From NCBI GenBank assembly GCA_039818205.1, contig JBCBUK010000002.1:32001-96000 (forward strand): a stretch of DNA of 64,000 bases, written 5' to 3'. Source of the stretch: Verrucomicrobiota bacterium (GTDB lineage Bacteria > Verrucomicrobiota > Verrucomicrobiia > Opitutales > Cerasicoccaceae). The notes below the pieces were generated by a model. It did not search any database. It saw nothing but the letters and a program-made list of their open reading frames with translations, and was not told where the DNA came from. The position numbers and the translations under genes are program-made. This document shows, piece after piece, positions 39,576 to 50,316 of this stretch (the stretch's first letter is position 1; each line of letters opens with the position of its first letter).

Positions 39576-40643
39576 ATGGGTATGAATTGGCATCCGATAA
39601 TCAATGGCCTGTTGGTGCTGGGCAGTTTGTTGGCCACTGCCTGTCGTGATGATCAGCATTCCTCTCCGGTTGAAGCTGAGCAAGTGCCCGATGCAGTTCA
39701 TTCGTTGGATTTTGATTCGCTGGACACTGCCTTGGAAACTGATGCCTACGCGGACATTGACGCATTGCTCGTCTTGAAGGACGGAGGCCTTGTTTATGAA
39801 CGCTACTTCAATGGATACGATGCAGATAAAGTCCACGATTTTGCCTCAGTAACGAAAAGCATCACGTCGCTACTGGTGGGTATTGCTACCGATATTGGGC
39901 ATATCGAGAGCATTGATGAACCGATCCATCGATACTATGAGTCGACGGTTCATTCGGAGGCCTTCAAAGAGGGAAAAGAACGTCTAACGCTTCGCCATTT
40001 GTTGACGATGCAACATGGGCTAGATTGCGACGACTATGGTCATCTCGGGATGTGGCGATTTCGGTTGTGGCTAAAGGCGAATGATCCGGTTCAAGCGGTG
40101 CTTCTGTTCCCGATGAACAAACAGCCAGGATCGGTAACCGCCTATTGCACGGCATCCACTGAGCTTTTGCGGATTCCGCTCGAGAGTTCCACGGGATTGC
40201 CGGTGGAAACCTTCGCGAATGAAGTCTTGTTTCACCCACTCGGGATTAATGAAGTGGAGTGGGAGATAAATGGTGATGGTTCCGTGGCGCTTGGACACGG
40301 AATTAATATGAGACCGCGGGACGTTGCCACGATTGGACTAATGATTGAGAACGGTGGCGTCTGGGACGGTAAACGGGTTGTTTCGGCCGCCTGGTTAGCG
40401 GACTCCTTCGCCAGGCATGGAACCCTGTTGGGAATTGACTACGGCTATCTCTGGTATGCTGAAGAGTATAATATCGGCGGTGAAACCGTAAAATCTTATT
40501 TGGCAATGGGCCATGGAGGGCAGTTTTTGATCCTTTTTCCAGAGCTCAACGCGATCATCGTAATCGCCGCGAGCGACTACGAAATGAAACTCGATTTTTA
40601 TCAGTTGATCGCAGAAAAGATCCTGCCATCGCTCCTTGAGTAG
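39576..40643 (+). CDS. Serine hydrolase, beta-lactamase/AmpC family lipoprotein
   Basis: Lipobox-like ATAC; SVTK (SxxK), LRHLLTM, AYCT, YGYLWY, GHGGQ. Confidence 0.88.
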   Translation: MGMNWHPIINGLLVLGSLLATACRDDQHSSPVEAEQVPDAVHSLDFDSLDTALETDAYADIDALLVLKDGGLVYERYFNGYDADKVHDFASVTKSITSLLVGIATDIGHIESIDEPIHRYYESTVHSEAFKEGKERLTLRHLLTMQHGLDCDDYGHLGMWRFRLWLKANDPVQAVLLFPMNKQPGSVTAYCTASTELLRIPLESSTGLPVETFANEVLFHPLGINEVEWEINGDGSVALGHGINMRPRDVATIGLMIENGGVWDGKRVVSAAWLADSFARHGTLLGIDYGYLWYAEEYNIGGETVKSYLAMGHGGQFLILFPELNAIIVIAASDYEMKLDFYQLIAEKILPSLLE

Positions 40644-40676
40644 TTCTATGGGTCAGGATCCAACTCCCCAACCAGT

Positions 40677-42047
40677 CTACTCGAAGGCGCGCATTCGAAT
40701 TAGAACCCGATCCTTCCCAAGAACACGCAGCAGGGCGAGCAAGTCTGGACCACCCGATTGGCCACTGACGGTTAGTCGGGCGATCGGGAAATAGTCGAAC
40801 TTTTTGCGTTCTAGCTTTTCGGCTAGGGCGACGATCGCCGCATCAATCGTCTCATCTTCCCAGACGTCAATCGCTTCAAGGGCGGGGATGAGTTCGTTGA
40901 GGCGGTCCATTGGTTCACCTTTTTTGAAGACGCGTTTGCGTGCCTCAGGATCGATGGCGAAGTCCTCGCGGAAGAAATACTGGACGAGTTCGGGTAGGCC
41001 TTCGAAATCGCGGGCCTTTTCCTGCGCAATGGTCAACACGCGCTGGATGTAATCTTCCGAAGTTTGTTCGTCGATGACGCTGGCTGCCGAGAGGATCGGG
41101 CCAGCCATCCAGCAGAAGGTTTCGACCGGCAGAGCACGCAGATATTCGGTATTGATGTGAGCGAGTTTCTTTTCGTCGAATTTAGCACCGTCCTTTTGGA
41201 CACCATCGAAATCGAAGCGCTGAATAATTTCATCGATCGGCATCACCTCACTGTCGTCCTTTGGGTTCCAGCCCAAGAGGCAAAGGAAGTTACGCACCGC
41301 TTGTGGAATGAAGTGGCGTTTCTGGTATTCTTCCAGCAGAGCTCCAGTTTCCCGCTTGGACATTTTGCCCTTACCATCGCTTTTCAGGATGAGCGGGATG
41401 TGGGCGAACACGGGAGGCTCGGCGCCGAGGGCACGGTAGATCTCGACGTGACGCGCGGTGTTGGAAAGGTGGTCTTCGCCGCGGATTACGTGGGTCATTC
41501 CCATGGTCATATCATCAACGACATTCACGAAATGGAAACCGAAGTCTCCGTTACTGCGTTTCAGCACGAAATCTGTCTCAACGGCACGGGTCACTTCGCC
41601 ACGGACAGCATCGTTGATCGTCACGGGTTCGGTGCGGACCTTCTCGATCTCCGCGTTCTTATATTTGTCGAACTCAACGTAGCGCTCGCCAAGCAATTTA
41701 AAATAGATTGCGCCGTCTTTTTCGTAGGCTCGATCGGCCTCTAACAGCTTCTGCAGATGCTCTTCGTAAATTGCGTTGCGTTCGCTCTGAAAGTAAGGCC
41801 CGTGGTCGCCGCCTGCTTCTGGGCCTTCATCCCAGTCGAGGCCGAGCCAGCGCATGCCATCGAGTAGGGCCGCCAGGGCTTCGGGCGTATTACGGGCGGT
41901 GTCGGTGTCCTCGATACGCAAGATGAACTTGCCGCCAGTGTGCCGGGCATAGAGCCAGTTGAACAAGGCGGTGCGGGCTCCTCCGATGTGGAAGAAGCCA
42001 GTTGGGCTAGGAGCAAATCGTACGCGAACGTTACTTTCAGAACTCAT
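40677..42047 (-). CDS. gltX: Glutamate--tRNA ligase
   Basis: [34 protein letters not shown], anticodon domain. Confidence 0.95.
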   Translation of the reverse strand: MSSESNVRVRFAPSPTGFFHIGGARTALFNWLYARHTGGKFILRIEDTDTARNTPEALAALLDGMRWLGLDWDEGPEAGGDHGPYFQSERNAIYEEHLQKLLEADRAYEKDGAIYFKLLGERYVEFDKYKNAEIEKVRTEPVTINDAVRGEVTRAVETDFVLKRSNGDFGFHFVNVVDDMTMGMTHVIRGEDHLSNTARHVEIYRALGAEPPVFAHIPLILKSDGKGKMSKRETGALLEEYQKRHFIPQAVRNFLCLLGWNPKDDSEVMPIDEIIQRFDFDGVQKDGAKFDEKKLAHINTEYLRALPVETFCWMAGPILSAASVIDEQTSEDYIQRVLTIAQEKARDFEGLPELVQYFFREDFAIDPEARKRVFKKGEPMDRLNELIPALEAIDVWEDETIDAAIVALAEKLERKKFDYFPIARLTVSGQSGGPDLLALLRVLGKDRVLIRMRAFE

Positions 42048-42139
42048 TCTGGAGTGTTGAAGGACGCGCCGCTAAAGGTCAACGGGGATTCCTCACTTCG
42101 CGCTAAACAAACCGAATTATTTCGGTCTGCGACGAAGCC

Positions 42140-42832
42140 TCAATTGAAGGTCATGTCCTTGAAGAGCCGGAGGCTGTCATCCCAATGCTCTTCCAACAAC
42201 TTGCTAATACTGATGGCACCGGTCAGGGCATTGATGTTTGCATCCTCGCGGCATTGGGCCTGGATGCGCTCCAACAGTCCTTCAAGTGCCACGCGAATCT
42301 CGCCCATGAATTGTTGAAAGCGGTTCCAGTTTACTGCGTGGGGATCGGGCTCCCCTGAGCTCAGTAGATGGTGCTGAATCAAGAATCCCGAGAAAAAACG
42401 AAATAGTAATTGTTCCACGTCCATACACAGGAAGTAGAAACCCTTGTCGGAGCTGGGATCAAAGAGATAGGGGCACTTGGCGCGGGTCACGAACTCAACG
42501 AGGAGGGCGAACACAACCATTTGCGCCGAACCGTGCAGGGAGAACTGGCCGTTTGGTCGGGTGATGATCAGCTCGACCTTTTCGAAGGAAACCACGGTTG
42601 CGAAGTTATCGATCAGCTCCGAAAGCGCGGCGGCTGCTGGGCAGTACGTGATGCGTTCCTCGCTCAATGGGCAATTATTGCATTGGTAGTAGGTTAGCAG
42701 AGTCCAATCCGGCAGGTTCTTCTCGTGCTGCCAATGTTCAGGGCTCACGCGCCGCGGTGTGTTTAGCTCAACTTTGCGGCCGTCTTCCAGTCGAATTTCG
42801 TAAGTAGGCATAGACTTGGGCATGTCTTCCAT
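42140..42832 (-). CDS. DUF6901-like Cys-containing protein
   Basis: PDWT.L.Y.QC.NCPL.....CP.A..L..L...F....SF, CP motif, DANINAL. Confidence 0.7.
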   Translation of the reverse strand: MEDMPKSMPTYEIRLEDGRKVELNTPRRVSPEHWQHEKNLPDWTLLTYYQCNNCPLSEERITYCPAAAALSELIDNFATVVSFEKVELIITRPNGQFSLHGSAQMVVFALLVEFVTRAKCPYLFDPSSDKGFYFLCMDVEQLLFRFFSGFLIQHHLLSSGEPDPHAVNWNRFQQFMGEIRVALEGLLERIQAQCREDANINALTGAISISKLLEEHWDDSLRLFKDMTFN

Positions 42833-42856
42833 AGGGCGACACTCAAAGGAGCGTGG

Positions 42857-43375
42857 TTAACGGAAAAGTTCATCCATCATCGTGCCGGACAGATCAGTAA
42901 TACGCCAGCCAAAGGTGGTGCCGAAGCGACAAAAGAGCGTCGGCGCTCGGGGAACGTGGTCCACTTTTAACGAAACCATGCTGGTCGGCTCATCACCGCG
43001 CTTGACGCGTGCTCGTTTGCCTGAGTAGCCAGCGAGGTTCGTGCCATCGCTGAGGCTAAAGGGAAAGCGCAGCTGCATCTGCATCAATTCAATAAAATCG
43101 TCGCGTCCGAGGTCGTCGGCACCTTGCCAATAACGTTCATACTCGAAGAAGCCGCGGGTGCGGCCTTGTTCGTCCTCGATGGTGAACTTGGCGCGCTTAT
43201 CAAACTCGCGCCACTGGGAGAGAACATCACGAAATTTTCGAAAAGCATCCTGTTGGTATTCGACCTGTTCAGGCTCGACTAACCGCAACCCCAAGCGTGG
43301 TTTCTCCATCGCTTCATTTAGGGCCTCAATGGTCCGGTCCAGATCAAATAGAGCCGGGCGGTTAGTGTCGTTCAT
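42857..43375 (-). CDS. Hypothetical protein
   Basis: Co-directional with neighbours, short spacers, plausible composition. Confidence 0.65.
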   Translation of the reverse strand: MNDTNRPALFDLDRTIEALNEAMEKPRLGLRLVEPEQVEYQQDAFRKFRDVLSQWREFDKRAKFTIEDEQGRTRGFFEYERYWQGADDLGRDDFIELMQMQLRFPFSLSDGTNLAGYSGKRARVKRGDEPTSMVSLKVDHVPRAPTLFCRFGTTFGWRITDLSGTMMDELFR

Positions 43376-43485
43376 GGTGATCACGCGCCTACAGTGTTGC
43401 TTATCGAGCGGTCGCCGGTCAACCGTAGATTGTTTTCTTATTGAGCCGGCTAGCCCTTTGGCTAAAGCGAGTTTGCTGGTTTCGC

Positions 43486-43914
43486 CTAGTTGTTGCCCTG
43501 GACTGTTTCGTCTTGTTGCCCGAGTCGGCGGTTTTTGGGCTCGAATGGCAATAGAAACGCTTCGCGGAAATCGTATCCGTTGGCAAAATCCTCGGGTTGA
43601 TCATTCTCGGTCTTTCCGAGGACGCCCCATTCGACGAGGTTGAACACGATATCCCCGAAATCCTCACATTTGCGCAGACCCCAATGAGTGAGCAACGTAT
43701 AGGCGAGGGGGCCATACTGATCGAGTGCGTAATCTCGGATGCCGGAAAGTAGCTCCTGACCTGTCACGTGCCGGGTTTCGATCTCGGGATCGTCCTTGAG
43801 CTGCTTGATCGTGTGATCTAGCCCAAGCCTAACGAAATGGTAGGCACCGGCATCGTAGCGGGGGTCTTCCTTGCGGATTAGTGACACGACTTCATTGAAA
43901 TCTTTTTCTGGCAT
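43486..43914 (-). CDS. Minf_1886 family (Verrucomicrobia/Planctomycetes-restricted) protein
   Basis: DPRY...AYHFVR.GL, RHVTGQELL.GIR.YA..QYGPLA..L..WG...EDFGDIVFNLV. Confidence 0.88.
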   Translation of the reverse strand: MPEKDFNEVVSLIRKEDPRYDAGAYHFVRLGLDHTIKQLKDDPEIETRHVTGQELLSGIRDYALDQYGPLAYTLLTHWGLRKCEDFGDIVFNLVEWGVLGKTENDQPEDFANGYDFREAFLLPFEPKNRRLGQQDETVQGNN

Positions 43915-44094
43915 CGCTTCACATTCTGAGAATCTGAGGTCTGGGGTCAAGACCGCGTGGTTCTGGGCTCAATACGGCTTTGATCGTTCGTTTGTGCGTA
44001 AATCGCGTTGGTTCATCGGTGAGTTCTGTTCCCATACTATACAAAGTAAGTATTCCTGGTTGCAAAAGCGCTCGAAGTAGCTCTACTGCATTAC

Positions 44095-44313
44095 ATGCTC
44101 AAGTATGTGACCGCTTTTCTCTCGTTAGCTTTGCCGAGCTTGGCCTTTGCCCACGGTGACAATGACCTTTCCCACGGTGCTGCACACTGGCTGACCAGCC
44201 TCAATCACTTTGCTGGGATGTTGGTTTTGGCGGTGATTGTTGGGGTTGGCATTTGGTGGGTCACTCGCCCGAAGCAGAAGCCAGATATGCAGCGAGTGCG
44301 CAATCGCGATTGA
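44095..44313 (+). CDS. Small His-containing membrane protein resembling the HupE/UreJ N-terminus
   Basis: Signal peptide ..PSLAFA-HGD, HG..H...L.H..GML, one TM helix, basic tail. Confidence 0.55.
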   Translation: MLKYVTAFLSLALPSLAFAHGDNDLSHGAAHWLTSLNHFAGMLVLAVIVGVGIWWVTRPKQKPDMQRVRNRD

Positions 44314-44408
44314 GCCATCTGAGCGAACAATCAGTGGTCGACGTAGACGCCAGCTTCAGGTGCCTTCTGGCGCAACACGCTCGGACCAATAATTCCCAGC
44401 ACTAGCTC

Positions 44409-45266
44409 TTGATGTCTCCGCTAGTGTTGTTTCCCGCTGCGCTTGCAGCTTCGTTCTACGCAGTCGGATCGCTTGGTATCAAGCGCTCGCTTGAGAACGG
44501 AGCAGCGACTCGCCGGGCGATTGCAGTGACAAACATTGCCATGGCTCTTTGGTCGCTGCCACTGTTCTTCTTCGCCAAGTTGGATGCCTTCGAGCTGGTT
44601 TCCTGGCTAACGGCGATTGGGGCGGGGGTCGCACTTTTCCTTGGAAGGATTTTGGCAGTTAAGGCCCTGGAAAATGGCGACCTGTCGATTGTTGGCCCGC
44701 TCCTTGGGATGAAGACGCTGCTCGTGGCCGTAATCTCGGTGATTACGGGACAAACCGTCGTGACTCCATGGATCTGGGTGTCCGTAGTTTTGGCTTCGAT
44801 TGGGGTGATTGCGCTTCAACGGGGACCACGGTCACGGGCCCGCAATCGCCGCGTTGCTGCCATGTATGCGGCTGGAGCGAGCGTCCTTTTTTCCGGTTGC
44901 GATATCCTCATCGTCGAAGCCCGTGGCCAATTGGGTATTGGGTGGTTGTCGCCGACTTTGTTCCTGACCGTTGCGCTTCTCGTGCCGACCTTGGGTAAGC
45001 TTCCCAAGCCGCCGCCCGAAGCAGAGAAGCCCATGTACTTCGGAGCGGTCGTCATGGGGTTTCAAACGTTCTTGGTGGTGTCCTTAATTGGGCTTACCGG
45101 TCAGGCGGTGTTGATCAATATCGTTTACTGTACCCGTGCACTTTGGACCGTGGTTGTCGATCGGGTTGCTGGTCGTGGTGAAGGGGTTCAGCAATTCTTT
45201 GCGATTCGTATGGCTGGTGCAGCCTGCCTTGTCGCAGCGGTGGTCATTGTGATCCTTACGCGATAA
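44409..45266 (+). CDS. EamA/DMT family transporter
   Basis: About 10 hydrophobic segments in two repeats; AL..GDLSIVGPL. Confidence 0.8.
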   Translation: MMSPLVLFPAALAASFYAVGSLGIKRSLENGAATRRAIAVTNIAMALWSLPLFFFAKLDAFELVSWLTAIGAGVALFLGRILAVKALENGDLSIVGPLLGMKTLLVAVISVITGQTVVTPWIWVSVVLASIGVIALQRGPRSRARNRRVAAMYAAGASVLFSGCDILIVEARGQLGIGWLSPTLFLTVALLVPTLGKLPKPPPEAEKPMYFGAVVMGFQTFLVVSLIGLTGQAVLINIVYCTRALWTVVVDRVAGRGEGVQQFFAIRMAGAACLVAAVVIVILTR

Positions 45267-45345
45267 CTCGGTCGCAAGGTTTATCCTGTCGACACGACTG
45301 AGGGCATTTGCAACCATAACATTATCCTGAACCTGATTTTGACCC

Positions 45346-46731
45346 ATGCCAAATCACTACGAATTTCTTGTTATTGGCGGCGGGAGCGGCGGTTACGCAG
45401 CAGCCCGGACGGCTCGTGAATACACAGAGAGTGTTGCCATTGTTGATGGTAGCGAAACCCTAGGCGGTCTCTGCATCTTGCGGGGTTGTATGCCCTCGAA
45501 GACGTTAATCTACTCGGCCGAAGTGCTTCACCTTGCACAAAAGGGCAAATTGTTTGGCCTAGATATCGAGTCTGCCAAGGTCGACATGCCTGCGCTTCAC
45601 CAACGCAAGTTGGCGACCATTGGCGACTTCGCAGAGTATCGTCAGGAGCAATTGGAAAGCGACCGATTCACGCTTTACCGAAGCCAGGCGACATTCACAG
45701 GGCTACAAGAAGTTACCCTTGCGGACGGCACGGTATTGACGGCCGACAAGATCATCGTGTCGACCGGTTCGTCAGTTAACTTTCCACCGATTCCTGGGCT
45801 TGATAGTGTTCCGGTTTGGACCAGCGATGATATCCTCGATTTGGATTTCGTTCCAGAGTCCGTTATTGTTCTTGGCGGTGGGATCGTTGCCTGCGAATTG
45901 TCCCAGTTTTTGAACCGCGTTGGAGCCAGGGTGACACAAATTCAACGGAGCCCACACATCCTTAAAGAAGTTTCGGATGAGGCCGCACAGGTTATCGAAA
46001 CCGTTTTCGAAGAAGAAGGCATCGAGCTCATCACAGAGACAGCCTTACAGCAGATCGAAAAAACTGAAGATGGCGTTCGGGTTACTTTTACCCACAAGGG
46101 CGAAACTGTTGTCAAGGAAGCCAAGCATTTGTTCAACGCTCTCGGGCGTAAACCTAATACCGCAACGCTTGGTATTGAAAACGCTGGGCTGGAAACTCGG
46201 CGCAGTGGGCACCTGGTGACGAACGAGTTTCAACAAACCACCAATCCCAACGTTTACGCCGCTGGCGATGTCGCAGGTCCTCACGAAATCGTGCACATCG
46301 CGATTATGCAAGGTGAGCTTGCGGCGAATCACGCCTTCGGTAAGTCGGTTGAACCGGTTGATTATGATACGCTCTTGGGGGTCGTTTTTACCGATCCGCA
46401 AATCGGCCACGTCGGCCTAACTGAGAAGCAGATGGATGAACGTGGTATCGACTACGTGACGGCGGACTATCCGTTTGATGACCATGGAAAATCAATCCTG
46501 ATGGAGGCCAAGCATGGCTATGTCAAGGTGTGGGCTGAGAAGCCGACGGGTAAGGTTCTTGCGGCAGAGACGGTGGGCAAAGACGCATCGGAGTTGATTC
46601 ACTCGTTGGCCGTTGGCGTCAGCCTGGGAGCCACCTTGGAACAGCTGCTCAAAGTTCATTGGTATCACCCGACCTTGAGCGAAATTTGGTCCTATCCGCT
46701 GGAGGACTGCATAGATGAGATCAAAGGATAA
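45346..46731 (+). CDS. Class I pyridine nucleotide-disulphide oxidoreductase (dihydrolipoamide dehydrogenase/MerA-like fold)
   Basis: GGGSGG, GGLCILRGCMPSK redox disulphide, YAAGD, HPTLSE. Confidence 0.92.
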   Translation: MPNHYEFLVIGGGSGGYAAARTAREYTESVAIVDGSETLGGLCILRGCMPSKTLIYSAEVLHLAQKGKLFGLDIESAKVDMPALHQRKLATIGDFAEYRQEQLESDRFTLYRSQATFTGLQEVTLADGTVLTADKIIVSTGSSVNFPPIPGLDSVPVWTSDDILDLDFVPESVIVLGGGIVACELSQFLNRVGARVTQIQRSPHILKEVSDEAAQVIETVFEEEGIELITETALQQIEKTEDGVRVTFTHKGETVVKEAKHLFNALGRKPNTATLGIENAGLETRRSGHLVTNEFQQTTNPNVYAAGDVAGPHEIVHIAIMQGELAANHAFGKSVEPVDYDTLLGVVFTDPQIGHVGLTEKQMDERGIDYVTADYPFDDHGKSILMEAKHGYVKVWAEKPTGKVLAAETVGKDASELIHSLAVGVSLGATLEQLLKVHWYHPTLSEIWSYPLEDCIDEIKG

Positions 46732-46749
46732 CGCGAACCGGTTTAGGTC

Positions 46750-47169
46750 ATGAAACAAACACCCATTTCGGCATTCGAAGAGACTCGTGGTATGACTTAC
46801 TTCCCCCGCATGTTGGATAAGATCCGCAAGCATGCGAATGGGGAGCTACGGGAGGACTTTCATGGCCACTTGAGTAAGAGACTGGATATGCGTATCTGCC
46901 GCTATCTGCGTGTCAGCTATAATGATGTTTGCGCACGAGTCGCCGACGGTTTTTCCGATGATGAGGTCCTAACTTGGTGCTTCGAAAATGGTCGGGCACT
47001 TGACGATCACGACATCTACATCTGGAACGAATTTAGCCGCAAGATCGGCTGGAGTGATGGTGCATCAGAGATGCTTGTTCAGCGCAAGGTCGATTCAAAT
47101 CTCGCCGAGCGGGATGACATTCAGACGATGTATGATTACTTTGAGTATGACGAAGACCGGAAGACCTGA
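46750..47169 (+). CDS. DUF5069 family protein
   Basis: YFPRMLDKIR..A.GEL..D, D..IC..L.V.Y, SD.E.L.W, I.T..D...YDE. Confidence 0.85.
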   Translation: MKQTPISAFEETRGMTYFPRMLDKIRKHANGELREDFHGHLSKRLDMRICRYLRVSYNDVCARVADGFSDDEVLTWCFENGRALDDHDIYIWNEFSRKIGWSDGASEMLVQRKVDSNLAERDDIQTMYDYFEYDEDRKT

Positions 47170-47195
47170 GGTTTTCCGATCTACTATTGCTCGCC

Positions 47196-48539
47196 ATGTC
47201 TGACAAAAGCGTCCTTTCGATTCCCAACATCCGGTGGTTTATTGCCTTTCGGGTATTCTTTAACGCACGCTTTTATTACCCGATCTTCCTGATCCTCTTT
47301 TTGGATATGGGCCTGACCATGCAGCACTTCTTCGTGCTGAATGTTCTATGGGCTGTGTCTATTGTTTTGCTGGAGGTTCCGTCGGGTGCATTTGCCGATA
47401 CCTTTGGCCGGGCGAATTTAATCCGGCTTGCGGGCATCTGCATGGTCATTGAGATGTTGATTCTCGTCTTCGTTCCGATGGGGACGGTTTGGATTCTGCT
47501 CCTTGCCTTCGGGGCGAATCGAGTTATCAGCGGTCTGGCGGAAGCCCTTGCCAGTGGTGCGGATGAAGCGTTGGCCTATGACACGCTTAAAAACATGAAA
47601 CGGGAAGGGGATTGGCCCAAGGTGCTTGATCTCCTGATGCGACTTCAGTCAGTCGGTTTTTTGTTGGCAATGCTGGTTGGCGCGGCGGTCTATGATCATG
47701 AATTTTTGAACGCCTGCTTTCAAACGATTGGGCTTGGGTGGACCGTGCCGGAAGAAGTTGCCATTCGGCTCCCCATTGCGCTAACGCTCATCACCTCGGG
47801 TGTTGCCTTGTTTGCTGCCTGGAGTCTGGTTGAGCCGGCTCCCTGCGAGCACGATGACGACGAACCGCATCCCAAAAACGCGACAGCTGCGTTCAAGCTC
47901 GTTTTTGATACCGGTCGGTGGATCCTACACACCAACATTGTTCTGATCCTCATCGTGGCTGCGGTTTGTTTCGATAGTTTAGTCCGTGTGGGTTTGACGA
48001 TAGGCAGCGAGTACTACCGGCTAATTGGCCTTCCCGAGGCAGCGCTCGGCATTATGGGTGCCGTCGGAGGGCTCATGGGCTTGGTGATTCCGATCATTGC
48101 CCGCAAGCTCGTCGAGACCCGTTCAGCGGTCTTCAATTTCAGCCTGTTGGCAGGATTAATTTTCGTCAGTCTGCTCGGTCAGTCTCAGTTTTGGCAGTTC
48201 TGGGGAGTGATTCCCGCAATTGGAGTCGGGATAAGTATGTCGTTCCTGGGCTTCTTTATGAGCCATTATCTCAACCGGGCGGTGACGGACTCGCGGCGCC
48301 GGGCAACGGTGCTTAGCTTCCGCAGCCTGGCAAACAACATCGCCTATGGCCTTGCGGGGATGGTCTTTTTTGGGCTGACCGCTGGATTTGGGCGAGGCGA
48401 AGCCAATTCTGACTTAGATGCGGCGCAAAATGATCAAGTCTTTTATCAACTGCTGCAGTCGATGCCGTGGCTGTTTGTATTGCTCATGCTTTTTTTGGCC
48501 TGGTTTGCAAAAAAACACCACCGAGTCTCCAGTCTCTAA
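47196..48539 (+). CDS. MFS transporter
   Basis: LEVPSGAFADTFGR, SGADEALAYDTL, RATVLS. Confidence 0.9.
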   Translation: MSDKSVLSIPNIRWFIAFRVFFNARFYYPIFLILFLDMGLTMQHFFVLNVLWAVSIVLLEVPSGAFADTFGRANLIRLAGICMVIEMLILVFVPMGTVWILLLAFGANRVISGLAEALASGADEALAYDTLKNMKREGDWPKVLDLLMRLQSVGFLLAMLVGAAVYDHEFLNACFQTIGLGWTVPEEVAIRLPIALTLITSGVALFAAWSLVEPAPCEHDDDEPHPKNATAAFKLVFDTGRWILHTNIVLILIVAAVCFDSLVRVGLTIGSEYYRLIGLPEAALGIMGAVGGLMGLVIPIIARKLVETRSAVFNFSLLAGLIFVSLLGQSQFWQFWGVIPAIGVGISMSFLGFFMSHYLNRAVTDSRRRATVLSFRSLANNIAYGLAGMVFFGLTAGFGRGEANSDLDAAQNDQVFYQLLQSMPWLFVLLMLFLAWFAKKHHRVSSL

Positions 48540-48614
48540 CCTACCTTAATTAAGGGGTTCATGATAGCTGATTTCCATTGCATCTTAATCTAAAAGGCCA
48601 ACAATGCTTTAACC

Positions 48615-49265
48615 ATGAAGCGTGTATACGTCGTTGAAGACCAAACGATTCTGCGGGATTTGATAATCCGCTTGCTCGAGTCCTACCCTGATATTGAGAT
48701 TGCTGGTTCAACTGGTGACGGCCAATTGGCGGTTACCGAAATCGAGAAAATACTCCCCGATATTCTCATTTTAGATATTATGTTGCCCAATCTGAATGGG
48801 GTCGAACTACTTCGGCAGATTCGCAAAGGTCAGCATAAACCGCGCGTGCTGGTTTTCTCGGCTTTTCCGAGTAAAAGCACCGTTAAAAAGTTGCTTGAAG
48901 CCGGGATAGACGGCTTCGTCGAGAAGGACGCCAATCTGTCAGACCTGGAAGTTGCCGTCGAGAAGATCGTGGCTGGTCAGACGCATTTTGGGCTCCGGAT
49001 CGTCGACATCATGCGGGAAATCATGGTGAATCCAAATTCGAGCGATTCACTCGAAGAGCTCACCCCGCGGGAGCGTCAAATTCTACAACTCATCGCGGAA
49101 AGCTGCACGAGCAAAGAGATTGCGAGCAAATTGGACATCTCCGTAAAGACGGCAGACACCCACCGAGCGAATTTGATGAAGAAACTCGACGTCCACGATG
49201 TTGCTGGGCTTACCCGTCAGGCGATTGCCTTCGGATTGATCGATCCGCCCAAGAATATTGACTAG
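48615..49265 (+). CDS. NarL/LuxR family response regulator
   Basis: VEDQ, phosphoacceptor LDIMLP, LTPRERQIL...SKEIA..LDISVKTADTHRANLMKKL. Confidence 0.95.
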   Translation: MKRVYVVEDQTILRDLIIRLLESYPDIEIAGSTGDGQLAVTEIEKILPDILILDIMLPNLNGVELLRQIRKGQHKPRVLVFSAFPSKSTVKKLLEAGIDGFVEKDANLSDLEVAVEKIVAGQTHFGLRIVDIMREIMVNPNSSDSLEELTPRERQILQLIAESCTSKEIASKLDISVKTADTHRANLMKKLDVHDVAGLTRQAIAFGLIDPPKNID

Positions 49266-49352
49266 TTCCGCCCTTTGGGACGCTTCAATACGGATCCACG
49301 CTTCTCATTTTTCCTTTTGCCCTCAGTGCGGTTTTAGGTCAATCTTCGCGCC

Positions 49353-50225
49353 ATGTCCTGCCAGTTCCGTTACTTTCGTCTCGCTACCACCATCACACTG
49401 CTGGGTTTGCTCACCGTTACCACCGGATTCCGTAAGGTTGCCTACAAGTCTGGGCCGGAAATTATGGAAGAGGTGGCCAACCGGCACACGGCAGACACCG
49501 AGCTCGAATTGATCAAGCTTGTGGTGGTCGATGAGGAAGGAAATACCCAGGTTCGCGAAATGTTGAGCGTGTTCAGCCAGGACGACCACGGTGACGCGAG
49601 CTACATGATCCGCTTCCTCTCGCCGGCGGATGTAAAGGGGATCACCCTGTTGACGAATGATGCTAAGTCAGAGGAGCCTGAACAATGGTTCTATATGCCC
49701 GCTTTGGGACAGGCTCGCAAGATCGCGGGTGATAACCGCGGCGGCTACTTTATGGGCTCGGATTTTACATTCGAAGATCTGCGTAAGGAAAATACTCAAG
49801 AGCACTCCTACCATCGATTGCAGGATGACAAGGTGAACGGTAAGGACGTCTATGTGGTCATGGCGGCGCCGGCCAATGTGGATGTCCAAAGCGCCACTGG
49901 GTATGCGAACCGTCTGCTTTACGTTGATAAGGGCACGTTCAATGTTTTGCGCGTTGAATTCTACGAGGAAGACAGCAAGGAACCTTTGAAAATCTTGGAG
50001 GCGGACGAATATGAGGAGGTCGAAGTCGATGTGGATGCCGATCGCCCTCAACGCATTCGCATGAAGAACAAGGAAACGGGAACCTATTCGGTGATGACCC
50101 TGATGAAGTCTCGCCTGAATGTACCCGTGGATGAAACCGTTTTCGATCCGGATACCCTGGCCAAATGGACGCCTGACAGTGATGAGCCACTATTGGCTTA
50201 TTTTGATAAGGATTCGTCTAAATAG
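49353..50225 (+). CDS. Outer-membrane lipoprotein-sorting (LolA-like) protein
   Basis: RFLSPADVKG..LL, QWFYMPALG..RKI, FMGSDFTFEDL. Confidence 0.88.
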   Translation: MSCQFRYFRLATTITLLGLLTVTTGFRKVAYKSGPEIMEEVANRHTADTELELIKLVVVDEEGNTQVREMLSVFSQDDHGDASYMIRFLSPADVKGITLLTNDAKSEEPEQWFYMPALGQARKIAGDNRGGYFMGSDFTFEDLRKENTQEHSYHRLQDDKVNGKDVYVVMAAPANVDVQSATGYANRLLYVDKGTFNVLRVEFYEEDSKEPLKILEADEYEEVEVDVDADRPQRIRMKNKETGTYSVMTLMKSRLNVPVDETVFDPDTLAKWTPDSDEPLLAYFDKDSSK

Positions 50226-50316
50226 ATCAGCATCCGGTCTCGGAGCTTGCTCACTGGAACTCAACCCTTTACGGATTGAGGTTCTACAACCGGTTCGGCT
50301 GTAATCTATTGCCTAG

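Noticed and set aside
45346..46731. Mercuric reductase MerA
   Set aside because: No C-terminal Cys-Cys pair, no NmerA domain and no mer genes nearby; ends with an HPTLSE motif.
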